In this document: positions 55,093 through 64,000 of the stretch, in pieces
Layout of the letters: every line of letters starts with the position of its first letter
Position numbering within the stretch: position 1 is the stretch's first letter
Made by a program: the position numbers and the translations under genes
Sequence record: DRR723986_5306
DNA length: 64,000 nucleotides
Reading direction: 5' to 3' (one strand)
Notes under the pieces: generated by a model
Databases searched by the model: none
The model's input: only the letters and a program-made list of their open reading frames with translations
Told to the model about the DNA's origin: nothing

Positions 55093-57054
55093 TTACGCAG
55101 CGTTTTCGTTGATGTGTTGATGTCCCTCAATAAGCCGTGCAACAACTGAGGGATCGGCAAGCGTGGAGATATCGCCCAGGGCGTCGTACTCGTTGGCCGC
55201 GATCTTGCGCAGAATTCGGCGCATGATCTTGCCGCTGCGCGTTTTAGGCAGGTCATCGGCCCACTGAATCACGTCGGGAGAGGCAATCGGGCCGATTTCG
55301 CGGCGCAGCCACTGCTTCAACTCTTGCAACAGGGCGTCGTCGCCTTGCTCGCCCTGCTGCAGGCTAACGTAGATATAAATGCCTTCGCCTTTGATCTCAT
55401 GCGGGAAGCCAACCACGGCGGCTTCGGTCACTTTCGGGTGGGCAACCAGTGCGCTTTCCAGTTCAGCAGTACCCATGCGGTGACCAGAGACATTGAGCAC
55501 ATCGTCCACGCGGCCGGTGATCCAGTAGTCGCCATCAGCGTCGCGGCGGGCACCGTCGCTGCTGAAATAGTAGCCGTTGAAGGTGGAGAAGTAGGTATCG
55601 ATAAAGCGCTGGTGGTCGCCAAAGATGGTGCGCATTTGCCCGGGCCAGCTGTCGCAAATGACCAGGTTGCCATCGGTGGCGCCGTCCAATACGTTTCCGT
55701 CGTTGTCCAGCAGTGCTGGTTGTACACCGAAGAACGGCTGAGTGGCTGAGCCGGGCTTCAATTCTGTGGCGCCCGGCATCGGGGCAATCATCATGCCGCC
55801 GGTTTCGGTCTGCCACCATGTGTCCAGTATAGGGCAGCGGCCCTCGCCAAAGACGTCGTGGAACCAGCCCCAGGCCTCTGGGTTGATTGGCTCTCCGGCG
55901 GTACCGAGCAGGCGCAGTGACGCACGGCTGTTGGTAGCGGTGGCTTCCTCGCTCTTGGCCATCAGTGCGCGGATCACGGTGGGTGCGGTGTACAAGGTGT
56001 TCACCTGATATTTATCGATAATCCGGCCCAGTCGGCCGCAATCGGGATAGTTGGGAACACCTTCATACATGATGCAGCTGGCGCCGTTGCTGAGCGGGCC
56101 ATATACCGCGTAGCTGTGCCCAGTGATCCAGCCGATATCGGCCATACACCAGTAGACTTCATCCGCTTTGTAGTCGAACACCGTATGGTGGCTCAGAGAG
56201 GTGTACACCATATAGCCGCCGGTGGTGTGTACCGCGCCTTTGGGTTTCCCGGTTGAGCCAGAGGTATACAACAGGAACAGCGGATCTTCGGCGTTCATCG
56301 GCTCGGGAGGGCAAACGGCTGACTGCTGCTCAACGAGGCTGTGGTATTCCACGTCGCGGTTGGCGCGCCAGTGAATATCGGCGCCGGTGTGCTTGAGCAC
56401 CAGAACTTTTTCAACGCAGGCCGGAGAGCACAGTTCTATGGCCTCGTCGACGTTTTGCTTCAGGGGAACCGTTTTGCCGCCGCGACGACCTTCATCGGCG
56501 GTGATCACCAATGCCGATTGACCATCGCTAATGCGTCCTGCCAGCGCTTCTGGCGAGAAGCCGGCAAAAACCACCGAGTGCATGGCGCCAATGCGTGCGC
56601 AGGCGAGCATCGCGAAAACGGCTTCCGGAACCATTGGCATATAAAGAGTAACCACATCACCTTTTTTAACGCCCAGGCTCTTCAGGCCGTTGGCGAGTTT
56701 GCAGACTTCTTGATGAAGTTCGTTATAGGTGAATTGTCGTGAGGCTTGGCCCTCTTCATCCGGCTCCCATTGCAGCGCGAGTTTTTCGCCGCGCTCACTG
56801 AGGTGTCGGTCTAAACAGTTTTCAGAGGCATTGAGTACGCCATCTTCAAACCACTTAATATAAAGATCGTTTTTATCAAAACTGCAGTTCTTTATTTTAC
56901 TTGGTGCCTGGTGCCAGCTGATTCGTTCCGATACCTGCTTCCAGAACGCATCGGGGTCATTGACCGATTGTTCATACATGGCCTGGTAATCGTCTGCAGA
57001 GATATAAGCATTCTCGCGAATCGACTCTTTGATGGGGTAGCGTTGCTCTGTCAT
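55093..57054 (-). CDS. acs: Acetate--CoA ligase (AMP-forming)
   Basis: [46 protein letters not shown] (acetylation Lys). Confidence 0.96.
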   Translation of the reverse strand: MTEQRYPIKESIRENAYISADDYQAMYEQSVNDPDAFWKQVSERISWHQAPSKIKNCSFDKNDLYIKWFEDGVLNASENCLDRHLSERGEKLALQWEPDEEGQASRQFTYNELHQEVCKLANGLKSLGVKKGDVVTLYMPMVPEAVFAMLACARIGAMHSVVFAGFSPEALAGRISDGQSALVITADEGRRGGKTVPLKQNVDEAIELCSPACVEKVLVLKHTGADIHWRANRDVEYHSLVEQQSAVCPPEPMNAEDPLFLLYTSGSTGKPKGAVHTTGGYMVYTSLSHHTVFDYKADEVYWCMADIGWITGHSYAVYGPLSNGASCIMYEGVPNYPDCGRLGRIIDKYQVNTLYTAPTVIRALMAKSEEATATNSRASLRLLGTAGEPINPEAWGWFHDVFGEGRCPILDTWWQTETGGMMIAPMPGATELKPGSATQPFFGVQPALLDNDGNVLDGATDGNLVICDSWPGQMRTIFGDHQRFIDTYFSTFNGYYFSSDGARRDADGDYWITGRVDDVLNVSGHRMGTAELESALVAHPKVTEAAVVGFPHEIKGEGIYIYVSLQQGEQGDDALLQELKQWLRREIGPIASPDVIQWADDLPKTRSGKIMRRILRKIAANEYDALGDISTLADPSVVARLIEGHQHINENAA

Positions 57055-57128
57055 GGCTGTGCCCTCGGTTCAAGGTGTGCGTTCTTGTTATGTCACACAG
57101 TATTCTCCGCGAGCGCTTTTTTCGCTAT

Positions 57129-57176
57129 TAGACCTTGGTCGAGCGGCTGACCCCTCCCTTCTTAGACTTTCGTCGA
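57129..57176. promoter_or_regulatory. Two putative CrbR boxes in the acs/dcaP divergent region
   Basis: TAGACCTTGGTCGA (57129-57142) and TAGACTTTCGTCGA (57163-57176). Confidence 0.7.
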
Positions 57177-57260
57177 TATTTGACTAATGGCTAATACGCA
57201 GCTTTGCAAAGTCGGCCTATAACCTCTAGTGACACATAAAAACAACCGGGAGACACTCTT

Positions 57261-58556
57261 ATGCAAAGCAATAAAAAGCGCACTTTCGCATCTCGATATC
57301 TACCTGCTCTTGCGGCACTGCCACTGGCCGTTGCCGCGGGTTCCGTTTCCGCTGAGTCGCTGGAGCAGCGCGTGCAGCGCTTAGAAGCGGCGCTGGCTGA
57401 ATCCACGGCGCAGGCGTCGAGCAATACCAGCTTCAAGTTTGGCGGCTATATAAAACTTGATGCTATGGCGAGCCAGTACAGCGGTGGTGAAAGAGCCTTG
57501 GCGGCTGTCGGCGATGACTTCCTAGTACCTTCCGTTATTCCCATCGGCGGTGAATCAGGCGATGCCAATTTCGATATGCAAGCCACGTACTCGCGCATTT
57601 GGTTTAAAACGGCGACGCAGACCGACGCCGGTACCATCTCCACCCATGTAGAGATGGACTTCGGTGTTAACCAAATCGGCGATGAGCGGCTCAGTAATTC
57701 TGCGGTATCGCGTATTCGCCATGCCTTTGTAAGCTGGCAGTACGACAAAGACAGCTCCTTCCTTGCCGGTCAAACCTGGGGCACCTTCTTTAACGTGGCG
57801 AGCCTGCCGGAGACCCTCGACTTTGTTGGCCCGGTGGCCACAGTATTTGAGCGCCAGGCGCAATTGCGCTGGACACACGGTATGGGGAACGGCAGTTCGT
57901 TGATGGTTGCTGTGGAAAACCCGTCCACTGGGCTCTATGGCGGCACTAGTGGCGCCGCGGGCGGCGGTGATTTTGACAACAATAGTCTGCCCGATGTCGT
58001 TGTTCGTTATAACGGTAAATCAGGCGATCTGAGCTATAGCGTGGCAACGGTGCTGCGTGAGATTGCTTACAAAGAGAACTTTACCAATAACCTTGCGCAA
58101 CCCATTGAAGGTGACGAGAGCGAGATCGGTTATGGGGTGAGCTTTTCGGGTAAATGGCAGCTGGGTCAAGATGACCTCAAGTTCCAGTTGAACGCCGGTA
58201 ACCTCGGCCGCTACCTGGGTTTGCAGAGCTTCCGCGATGGTTACATTGAAAGCAATGGCGATATCGATCTGCTGGACACTGTGGGTGGCTTTATCGCCTA
58301 CCGCCACTTCTGGGCACCCAAGTGGCGCAGCAGCTTTGTGTTGTCAGCCAGCGAAGCCGACCAGCCCAGCAACGCGCCCGCCGGCACGCCAAGCGCTTAC
58401 CGCAGTGCTCACGCCAACTTGCTGTATTCGCCGGTTAAGGCACTTACCCTGGGCGCTGAGCTGATCCACGGCGAAAAACACATTGAAGGCAGCATTAACG
58501 GCGACGACAGCGGTGAGCTGGATCGCTTGCAGTTTAGTGTGAAGTACGTGTTCTGA
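57261..58556 (+). CDS. DcaP-family trimeric outer membrane porin
   Basis: Signal peptide, N-terminal coiled coil, FGGYIKLD, RIRHAF, AGQTW.TF, RQAQLRW, C-terminal RLQFSVKYVF. Confidence 0.88.
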   Translation: MQSNKKRTFASRYLPALAALPLAVAAGSVSAESLEQRVQRLEAALAESTAQASSNTSFKFGGYIKLDAMASQYSGGERALAAVGDDFLVPSVIPIGGESGDANFDMQATYSRIWFKTATQTDAGTISTHVEMDFGVNQIGDERLSNSAVSRIRHAFVSWQYDKDSSFLAGQTWGTFFNVASLPETLDFVGPVATVFERQAQLRWTHGMGNGSSLMVAVENPSTGLYGGTSGAAGGGDFDNNSLPDVVVRYNGKSGDLSYSVATVLREIAYKENFTNNLAQPIEGDESEIGYGVSFSGKWQLGQDDLKFQLNAGNLGRYLGLQSFRDGYIESNGDIDLLDTVGGFIAYRHFWAPKWRSSFVLSASEADQPSNAPAGTPSAYRSAHANLLYSPVKALTLGAELIHGEKHIEGSINGDDSGELDRLQFSVKYVF

Positions 58557-58567
58557 GCGTCCCGCTC

Positions 58568-58581
58568 TTGACTAAAGTCGA
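58568..58581. promoter_or_regulatory. Putative CrbR box upstream of DUF4212-actP
   Basis: TTGACTAAAGTCGA. Confidence 0.65.
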
Positions 58582-58652
58582 ATGGTTTGCGGCGACAACA
58601 AAGCGCATAAAGAGTATGTCGCCGTGATTCAGACGAATAAAGGAGAATAACA

Positions 58653-58922
58653 ATGGCGTTTCAATCGAAAGAAATGGCGAAAGCATACTGGCGTGAAAAC
58701 CTCACGTTGATGCTCTGGCTGTCAGTGATCTGGTTCATCGTGTCTTATGGATGCGGAATCCTGTTTGTAGAGCAGCTCAATGCCATCCGCTTGGGTGGAT
58801 TCAAATTGGGCTTTTGGTTTGCGCAACAGGGGTCAATTTACACCTTTGTGGCACTGACATTTATCTACGCAAAAAAAATGGGCGATCTCGACCGTAAATA
58901 CGGCGTAGATGACGACGCATAA
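58653..58922 (+). CDS. DUF4212 small membrane subunit of solute:sodium symporter
   Basis: AYWRENL...WFIVSYGCGILF...GFKLGFWFAQQGSI. Confidence 0.9.
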   Translation: MAFQSKEMAKAYWRENLTLMLWLSVIWFIVSYGCGILFVEQLNAIRLGGFKLGFWFAQQGSIYTFVALTFIYAKKMGDLDRKYGVDDDA

Positions 58923-58937
58923 TAAGAGGCAGCCATC

Positions 58938-60671
58938 ATGGAACTTCAAACATTAACGTATATTGTGGTGGGGTTTACCTTCGCCATTTATATCGGCATC
59001 GCCATCTGGGCGCGCGCCGGTTCGACGAAAGACTTTTATGTAGCCGGCGGTGGTGTTCACCCCGTTGCTAACGGTATGGCAACTGCCGCTGACTGGATGA
59101 GCGCGGCGTCGTTTATCTCAATGGCCGGCCTGATCGCCTATATGGGCTACGGCGGCTCAGTTTTCCTAATGGGTTGGACGGGCGGCTTCGTGCTGCTGGC
59201 CATGTTCCTGGCGCCATACTTGCGTAAATACGGCAAGTTCACGGTACCTGAGTTCATTGGCGACCGCTTCTACTCAAGGACTGCGCGTATCGTTGCCGTT
59301 GTCTGCTTGATTATCTGTTCGGTGACGTATGTTATCGGCCAGATGAAAGGGGTAGGGGTTGCCTTCTCGCGCTTCCTGGAAGTGAGTTATGAAGTCGGCC
59401 TGCTGGTGGGAATGGCTATCGTCTTTGTCTACGCCGTTGTCGGTGGCATGAAGGGCATTACTTATACGCAGATTGCGCAGTACTGTGTGTTAATTCTGGC
59501 CTACACTATTCCCGCTTTTTTCATCTCCTTTAACTTAACCGGCAATCCCTTCCCGCAGCTCGGCTTGGGCAGCACGATCAGTGGTACCGACGTATACTTG
59601 CTCGACCGCTTGGACCAGGTGATTACCGAGTTGGGCTTTGCCGACTACACCAACAATGTTCGCGGCAGCACCTTGAATATGTTTGTGTACACCCTGTCGC
59701 TGATGATAGGTACGGCGGGCTTGCCCCACGTCATTATCCGCTTCTTCACAGTGCCTAAAGTAAAAGATGCGCGTACCTCAGCGGGTTGGGCACTGGTGTT
59801 TATTGCCATTCTCTACACAACTGCGCCGGCAGTGGCAGCCATGGCACGTTTGAACCTGCACAACACCATTGCGCCGCCAAGTGCTGAACAAAACCTTGCT
59901 TACGAAGAGCGCCCACAGTGGTTTAAAAACTGGGAAAAAACCGGTCTTCTTGAGTTCGAAGATAAAAACGGTGATGGCCGCATTCAATACACCGCGAGTG
60001 CGGAGACCAATGAAATGGTCAAAGTCGATCGCGACATCATGGTGTTGGCAAACCCTGAGATAGCCAAGCTACCCAACTGGGTTATTGCACTCGTGGCAGC
60101 GGGTGGTCTCGCAGCAGCATTGTCTACTGCGGCAGGCTTGTTGCTGGCAATTGCATCGGCGATCTCCCACGACCTGTTGAAGGGCGTATTAATGCCTGAC
60201 ATCTCCGAAAAAGCAGAGCTTAGAGCCAGCCGAATTGCCATGGCAGGTGCGATTGGCTTTGCGGGCTACCTCGGTTTCAACCCACCTGATTTCGCGGCGG
60301 GTACGGTAGCACTGGCCTTTGGTTTGGCGGCTTCCTCGATCTTCCCGGTGTTGATGATGGGTATCTTTAATCGCCGCATCAACAAAGAAGGCGCCATTGC
60401 CGGGATGATCGCAGGTATCGGTGTCACCCTGTTCTACGTGTTCCAGCACAAAGGCATTATGTTCGTGGCTAGCACCGCCTTCTTGGGCGATATGCCAGCG
60501 AACTGGTTCTTTGGCATTGAGCCCAACGCGTTTGGTGCAGTGGGTGCCGTGGTGAACTTTGCGGTTGCCTTTGCGGTGTCTGCAGTGACCAAAGCACCGC
60601 CAGCAGAAGTGCAGGAACTTGTTGAGCACATCCGCGTTCCTGTTGGTGTTAGTGCGGCGCAGGATCACTAA
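58938..60671 (+). CDS. actP: Cation/acetate symporter (sodium:solute symporter family, ActP-like)
   Basis: NGMATAADWMSAASF, GKFTVPEFIGDRF, GTAGLPHVIIRFFTV, GGLAAALSTAAGLL. Confidence 0.88.
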   Translation: MELQTLTYIVVGFTFAIYIGIAIWARAGSTKDFYVAGGGVHPVANGMATAADWMSAASFISMAGLIAYMGYGGSVFLMGWTGGFVLLAMFLAPYLRKYGKFTVPEFIGDRFYSRTARIVAVVCLIICSVTYVIGQMKGVGVAFSRFLEVSYEVGLLVGMAIVFVYAVVGGMKGITYTQIAQYCVLILAYTIPAFFISFNLTGNPFPQLGLGSTISGTDVYLLDRLDQVITELGFADYTNNVRGSTLNMFVYTLSLMIGTAGLPHVIIRFFTVPKVKDARTSAGWALVFIAILYTTAPAVAAMARLNLHNTIAPPSAEQNLAYEERPQWFKNWEKTGLLEFEDKNGDGRIQYTASAETNEMVKVDRDIMVLANPEIAKLPNWVIALVAAGGLAAALSTAAGLLLAIASAISHDLLKGVLMPDISEKAELRASRIAMAGAIGFAGYLGFNPPDFAAGTVALAFGLAASSIFPVLMMGIFNRRINKEGAIAGMIAGIGVTLFYVFQHKGIMFVASTAFLGDMPANWFFGIEPNAFGAVGAVVNFAVAFAVSAVTKAPPAEVQELVEHIRVPVGVSAAQDH

Positions 60672-60692
60672 GCCGACACTAGCGGTCGATAC

Positions 60693-60726
60693 AAAGCAGG
60701 CACCGTCAGGGGCCTGCTTTTTTTTT
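60693..60726 (+). terminator. Intrinsic terminator of actP
   Basis: AAAGCAGGC...GCCTGCTTT followed by a further T run. Confidence 0.85.
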
Positions 60727-60802
60727 CCTCGACGAGTATGGAAATTCACTCGACCAAGGATGATAGTAAAAGTCGAATACACAATAACAAGGGATCTGCG
60801 CA

Positions 60803-61321
60803 ATGAGTGCGACATCAATTCTTACCAGCAAACACACGATTACCGCATTAATTGTTACGCCGATTTTGGCGATCATCGCTTATTTTGGTGTCGATAGAAT
60901 GGTGAGCGAGCGGCCCCATAAAGCCGAAGCAGGCGCTGTATATAAATTGGCTGCGATGTCTAAATGCCGATATCAGAGTGGCGAATGTACCCTCAAGAAC
61001 GGCAACTTTGCACTGACGCTGCGGCCGGAGTTTCGCAGTGAGCACGTAATTAAGCTGCGTTTAGAATCTGCCTTCCCCTTGCAGGGCGCTAAAATTTCCA
61101 TTGCCCCGGACAGTGCCGTGGATTACCCACCTATGGATATGGAAGCCGAATCCGCCGATGGCAAGGTCTGGTTAATTCGCACCTCAGTACCTGCGACCGA
61201 GGCGCCACAGCTGCGCGTCGTGGCGACCGCCGATGGCGCACAGTACTTTGGTCAAACAGGGCTGGAATTTACCGTCTATCAAACCAGCTTTGAGCGAGAT
61301 TTTCGCGGCGGTCAGCAGTAG
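60803..61321 (+). CDS. Hypothetical membrane-anchored protein
   Basis: Single N-terminal TM (TALIVTPILAIIAYFGV), CRYQSGEC Cys pair, beta-rich remainder. Confidence 0.75.
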   Translation: MSATSILTSKHTITALIVTPILAIIAYFGVDRMVSERPHKAEAGAVYKLAAMSKCRYQSGECTLKNGNFALTLRPEFRSEHVIKLRLESAFPLQGAKISIAPDSAVDYPPMDMEAESADGKVWLIRTSVPATEAPQLRVVATADGAQYFGQTGLEFTVYQTSFERDFRGGQQ

Positions 61322-61344
61322 CACTTTCGATCCAGGGGGCGAAA

Positions 61345-63195
61345 ATGAGTGATAAAGCAGAGCTGGCATTGGTGAGTGATTTTCTCGCCGAATGTTTGCC
61401 CTTTGATAGCCTTGACCCACAGACACTGGAAGACGTTGCTCGTCAGCTCCGTATCAAATATGTGCGACGCCATCACCGCTTTAGTGCGATGGATGGTGAC
61501 GGCCTGTATATCCTGCGTAGCGGCGTTGTTGATGAACAGCAAGAGAGCGGCTTATTGCAGCGCTTTGAGAGCGGTGAAAGTTTTTCCCTGAATGGCCACA
61601 GTCGCGACGGCGAAGTCACACAGTCGCGCTATTTCGTTGCCATAGAAGATTGCTTGATATACCGCCTGCCGGACGATGCGCTGCGCAGTTTGCGGCGTCA
61701 ACACCGCCATATAGACCGCTTTTTCCATGCGCGCAGTGAGCGGCTATTGCGTCGCGCCGCGCGCTTTCGCGGCCAGCCGTCGTTTTTAATGCAGCCGGTT
61801 ACCTCGGTAATGAGTCAACAGCCACTCGAAGTTGCCCCGGAGACATCGATAGCGCAAACCGCACAGGCAATGACCGAGCGCCGCGTGTCCTCGGCCTTTG
61901 TGACCCGCGATGAAACCCTACTGGGCATCGTCACAGACCGCGACTTGCGCAGCCGCGTATTGGCCCTGGGGCTATCGCCCGATCAAACCGTGGCCAGCAT
62001 CATGACCGAGAACCCCTGCGCCCTGGCAAGTGATGCAACACTTTTCGATGCCGTGTTGGAGATGACCAATCGCGGCGTGCACCATCTGCCGGTATTGGGC
62101 GAGGCGCAACAGCTGCTCGGTGTGCTGACCACCTCCGATGTCAACGTGGCAAGGGAAGACGACCCGATCTACTTTGTGCAGCGGGTATCGCGGTTGAGCA
62201 CTCTTACAGCGCTTCAGGAGCAACTAGCGCGCCTGCCGAACCTGTTCCGCCAATGGGTAGAGGCCGATACGCCGGTGACGCAGATTACGCAAATGACAAC
62301 CGCGGTAAGTGATGCCTTGACGCGGCGGCTTATCGACCTTGCCGAACAATCGCTTGGCCCCGCTCCCTGCGACTACTGCTGGTTGGGCTTTGGCTCCCAG
62401 GCTCGGGGCGAGCAGTTACTCGGTGGTGATCAGGACAACGGTTTGCTGATTGATAATTCTGCAACCGACGACGACATGGCGTGGTTTGCGAAACTCGCCG
62501 ACTTTGTCTGTGCTGGGCTTAATGACTGCGGCTATGATTACTGTCCGGGTGACGTGATGGCCAAGTCGGAAAAGTGGCGCAAGCGCGCCGCCGATTGGGA
62601 GGCGATGGTCGACGGCTGGATGACCAGCCCCAGCGCCAGTGCCGTGATGCACATCAGTATTTTCTTCGACCTGCGTGCCATTGCCGGTAGCCGCAGCCTG
62701 GCTGAGGCCTTGCAGCAACATATGTTGGCCCACAGCCAGCGCAATACCATTTTCCTTGCCGCGCTGGCAGAGAATGTTCTGGCAAGCTCGCCGCCGCTAA
62801 GCATGTTTGGCCGTTTTCTGTTGGAGCGTAGCGGCGAGCACCAACACAGTCTTGACCTGAAAAAACGCGGCGTGCTGCCGGTGATAGAGCTCGCCCGGCT
62901 GCATTCGCTGGCCAACGGTATCCCCGCGGTAAATACCCATAAGCGCTTGCAGGCACTGGCGCGCGCGGGTCAGATGAGCTTGGCAGATAGTCGCAACCTT
63001 GAGGATGCATTTACTTTGATCAATGGCATCCGTTTGCAACAGCAGGCCGCACAAATTGCCGCTGGCGACGAGCCCGATAATTACTGCGATCCCCGCCAGC
63101 TTACCCGGTTGCAGCGCAGCCACTTAAAGCAGGCATTCAGGGTGGTTCATCAGGCCGAGGATATTATCAAGCTGCGCTACCGAGCGGGTAACTGA
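61345..63195 (+). CDS. cNMP-binding / CBS-pair / DUF294 nucleotidyltransferase protein
   Basis: PFDSL..LYILRSG (cNMP), GIVTDRDLR and HHLPV (CBS), GSQARGEQ....DQDNG (NTase), FFDLR, DLKKRG. Confidence 0.9.
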   Translation: MSDKAELALVSDFLAECLPFDSLDPQTLEDVARQLRIKYVRRHHRFSAMDGDGLYILRSGVVDEQQESGLLQRFESGESFSLNGHSRDGEVTQSRYFVAIEDCLIYRLPDDALRSLRRQHRHIDRFFHARSERLLRRAARFRGQPSFLMQPVTSVMSQQPLEVAPETSIAQTAQAMTERRVSSAFVTRDETLLGIVTDRDLRSRVLALGLSPDQTVASIMTENPCALASDATLFDAVLEMTNRGVHHLPVLGEAQQLLGVLTTSDVNVAREDDPIYFVQRVSRLSTLTALQEQLARLPNLFRQWVEADTPVTQITQMTTAVSDALTRRLIDLAEQSLGPAPCDYCWLGFGSQARGEQLLGGDQDNGLLIDNSATDDDMAWFAKLADFVCAGLNDCGYDYCPGDVMAKSEKWRKRAADWEAMVDGWMTSPSASAVMHISIFFDLRAIAGSRSLAEALQQHMLAHSQRNTIFLAALAENVLASSPPLSMFGRFLLERSGEHQHSLDLKKRGVLPVIELARLHSLANGIPAVNTHKRLQALARAGQMSLADSRNLEDAFTLINGIRLQQQAAQIAAGDEPDNYCDPRQLTRLQRSHLKQAFRVVHQAEDIIKLRYRAGN

Positions 63196-63196
63196 C

Positions 63197-63841
63197 ATGT
63201 CGGCGTTCTGTCAGGCGTTGCGGCTGCAATTTAAACGCTATCAGTATCGCCGGCGTGCCGCGCGCGCGCTGCGCGACTGCTGGCAGTTGTCACCGCCCTG
63301 TTGGCAGTCGCCTGCCAGAGATGCGGCCTACCTCGCAATTGATCTGGAAATGACCTCGCTGGACCCAAGTACAGGGGAAGTCGTGAGTATTGGCTGGGTG
63401 CCGATTACTCATTGCGAGATCGACCTGTCGGCGGCGCGCCACCACCTTTTACGCGCTGAATCGCTGGTAGGCGAAAGTGCCGTTATCCACCAACTGCGCG
63501 ATTGCGACCGGGTAGGCGGTGAACCCCCGGCGGAGGTGTTGCAAGCGCTGCTCAAGGCCGCCTCTGGCCGAGTGTTGCTGTTTCACTGCGCTGAGCTGGA
63601 TATCGCTTTTCTCAACGCGCTTTGCCAAACGCACCTAGCGGCGCCTTTGCTGCTGCCCTATGTCGACACCCTGCAAATTGAGCACGGCCGCCGTGAGCGC
63701 GCTCATCAACCGGTTCGCAACGGCGAGCTGCGCTTGGCTGACTGCCGCGAACACTACCATTTGCCCGCCTATCCCGCCCACAATGCACTCAGTGATGCCC
63801 TGGCAACGGCCGAGTTGTTTTTGGCGATTAAGTCTCGGTAA
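63197..63841 (+). CDS. DnaQ-like DEDDh 3'-5' exonuclease domain protein
   Basis: AIDLEMTSLD, VSIGWV, FHCAELDIAFL, VDTL, HNALSDALATAELFLA. Confidence 0.88.
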   Translation: MSAFCQALRLQFKRYQYRRRAARALRDCWQLSPPCWQSPARDAAYLAIDLEMTSLDPSTGEVVSIGWVPITHCEIDLSAARHHLLRAESLVGESAVIHQLRDCDRVGGEPPAEVLQALLKAASGRVLLFHCAELDIAFLNALCQTHLAAPLLLPYVDTLQIEHGRRERAHQPVRNGELRLADCREHYHLPAYPAHNALSDALATAELFLAIKSR

Positions 63842-63872
63842 ACTGCCGCGCTGAATTGTAATGGGAGTTGGT

Positions 63873-64000
63873 ATGGCTCTGGATCTTCAAGAGTTACGTC
63901 GCTTTGTGGATGTGGTACTGCAGTCGAACCCCGGCGATCACTTCACGACCTTGGGTATCGCTGTCGAGGCCGTAGAGCACCACCACGTGCAAATGAGTAT
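63873..64000 (+). CDS. Probable PaaI-family thioesterase, N-terminus (runs off window)
   Basis: GGGAG RBS; MALDLQELRRFVDVVLQSNPGDHFTTLGIAVEAVEHHHVQMS resembles a hotdog-fold start; only 42 codons visible. Confidence 0.5.
   Translation, partial: MALDLQELRRFVDVVLQSNPGDHFTTLGIAVEAVEHHHVQMS

Noticed and set aside
63197-63841. Annotating the exonuclease as dnaQ (Pol III epsilon)
   Set aside because: No C-terminal alpha-binding tail, and the context is the DUF294-linked family
1-64000. CRISPR arrays, tRNA/rRNA genes, transposases, integrases, prophage or defence genes
   Set aside because: No regularly spaced repeats, RNA-gene signatures or such protein motifs were seen by eye; tRNAscan and cmscan were not run

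Overview
Chromosomal window of a GC-rich gammaproteobacterium. Gene order and content suggest Cellvibrionales / oligotrophic marine gammaproteobacteria (Spongiibacter-like); this is inference, not a database result. The core scaffold runs: class I fumarase (3' end), sbcB, GIY-YIG, ABC exporter, pyrB, nudF, murJ, ribF-ileS-lspA-fkpB-ispH, a type IV minor pilin cassette (fimT, pilVWXY1E, fimU), pilRS, nadE, bamD, rluD-pgeF-clpB, ilvIH and rapA. It ends in a large acetate-utilisation cluster (crbS, crbR, acs, dcaP-type porin, DUF4212-actP, a hypothetical, DUF294 nucleotidyltransferase, DnaQ-like exonuclease). Accessory inserts are a His-rich TonB-dependent receptor, a four-gene DUF4331-lipoprotein-TPR-HupE/UreJ operon, an orphan ketosteroid isomerase, LysR-DUF2798-tpm, an epoxide hydrolase, trxC and a secreted metallophosphoesterase. 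The best leads are: (1) the DUF4331 operon, whose exported proteins would expose N-terminal His metal sites; (2) a five-repeat Pho-box array driving an unusual lipoprotein phosphoesterase; (3) the DUF294/DnaQ pair as a possible nucleotidylation writer/eraser inside a regulon marked by a repeated TAGAC-N4-GTCGA box; (4) a structured ilvI leader with a Val/Leu-rich uORF; (5) a Lys-rich N-terminal module on PilY1 plus a GRxR-bearing FimT; (6) an Acs with a natural V386A pocket change and an anti-SD hairpin in its 3' UTR. No rRNA, tRNA, CRISPR array or mobile element was recognised. Several CDS starts were moved downstream of the ORF-track start on RBS or homology grounds.
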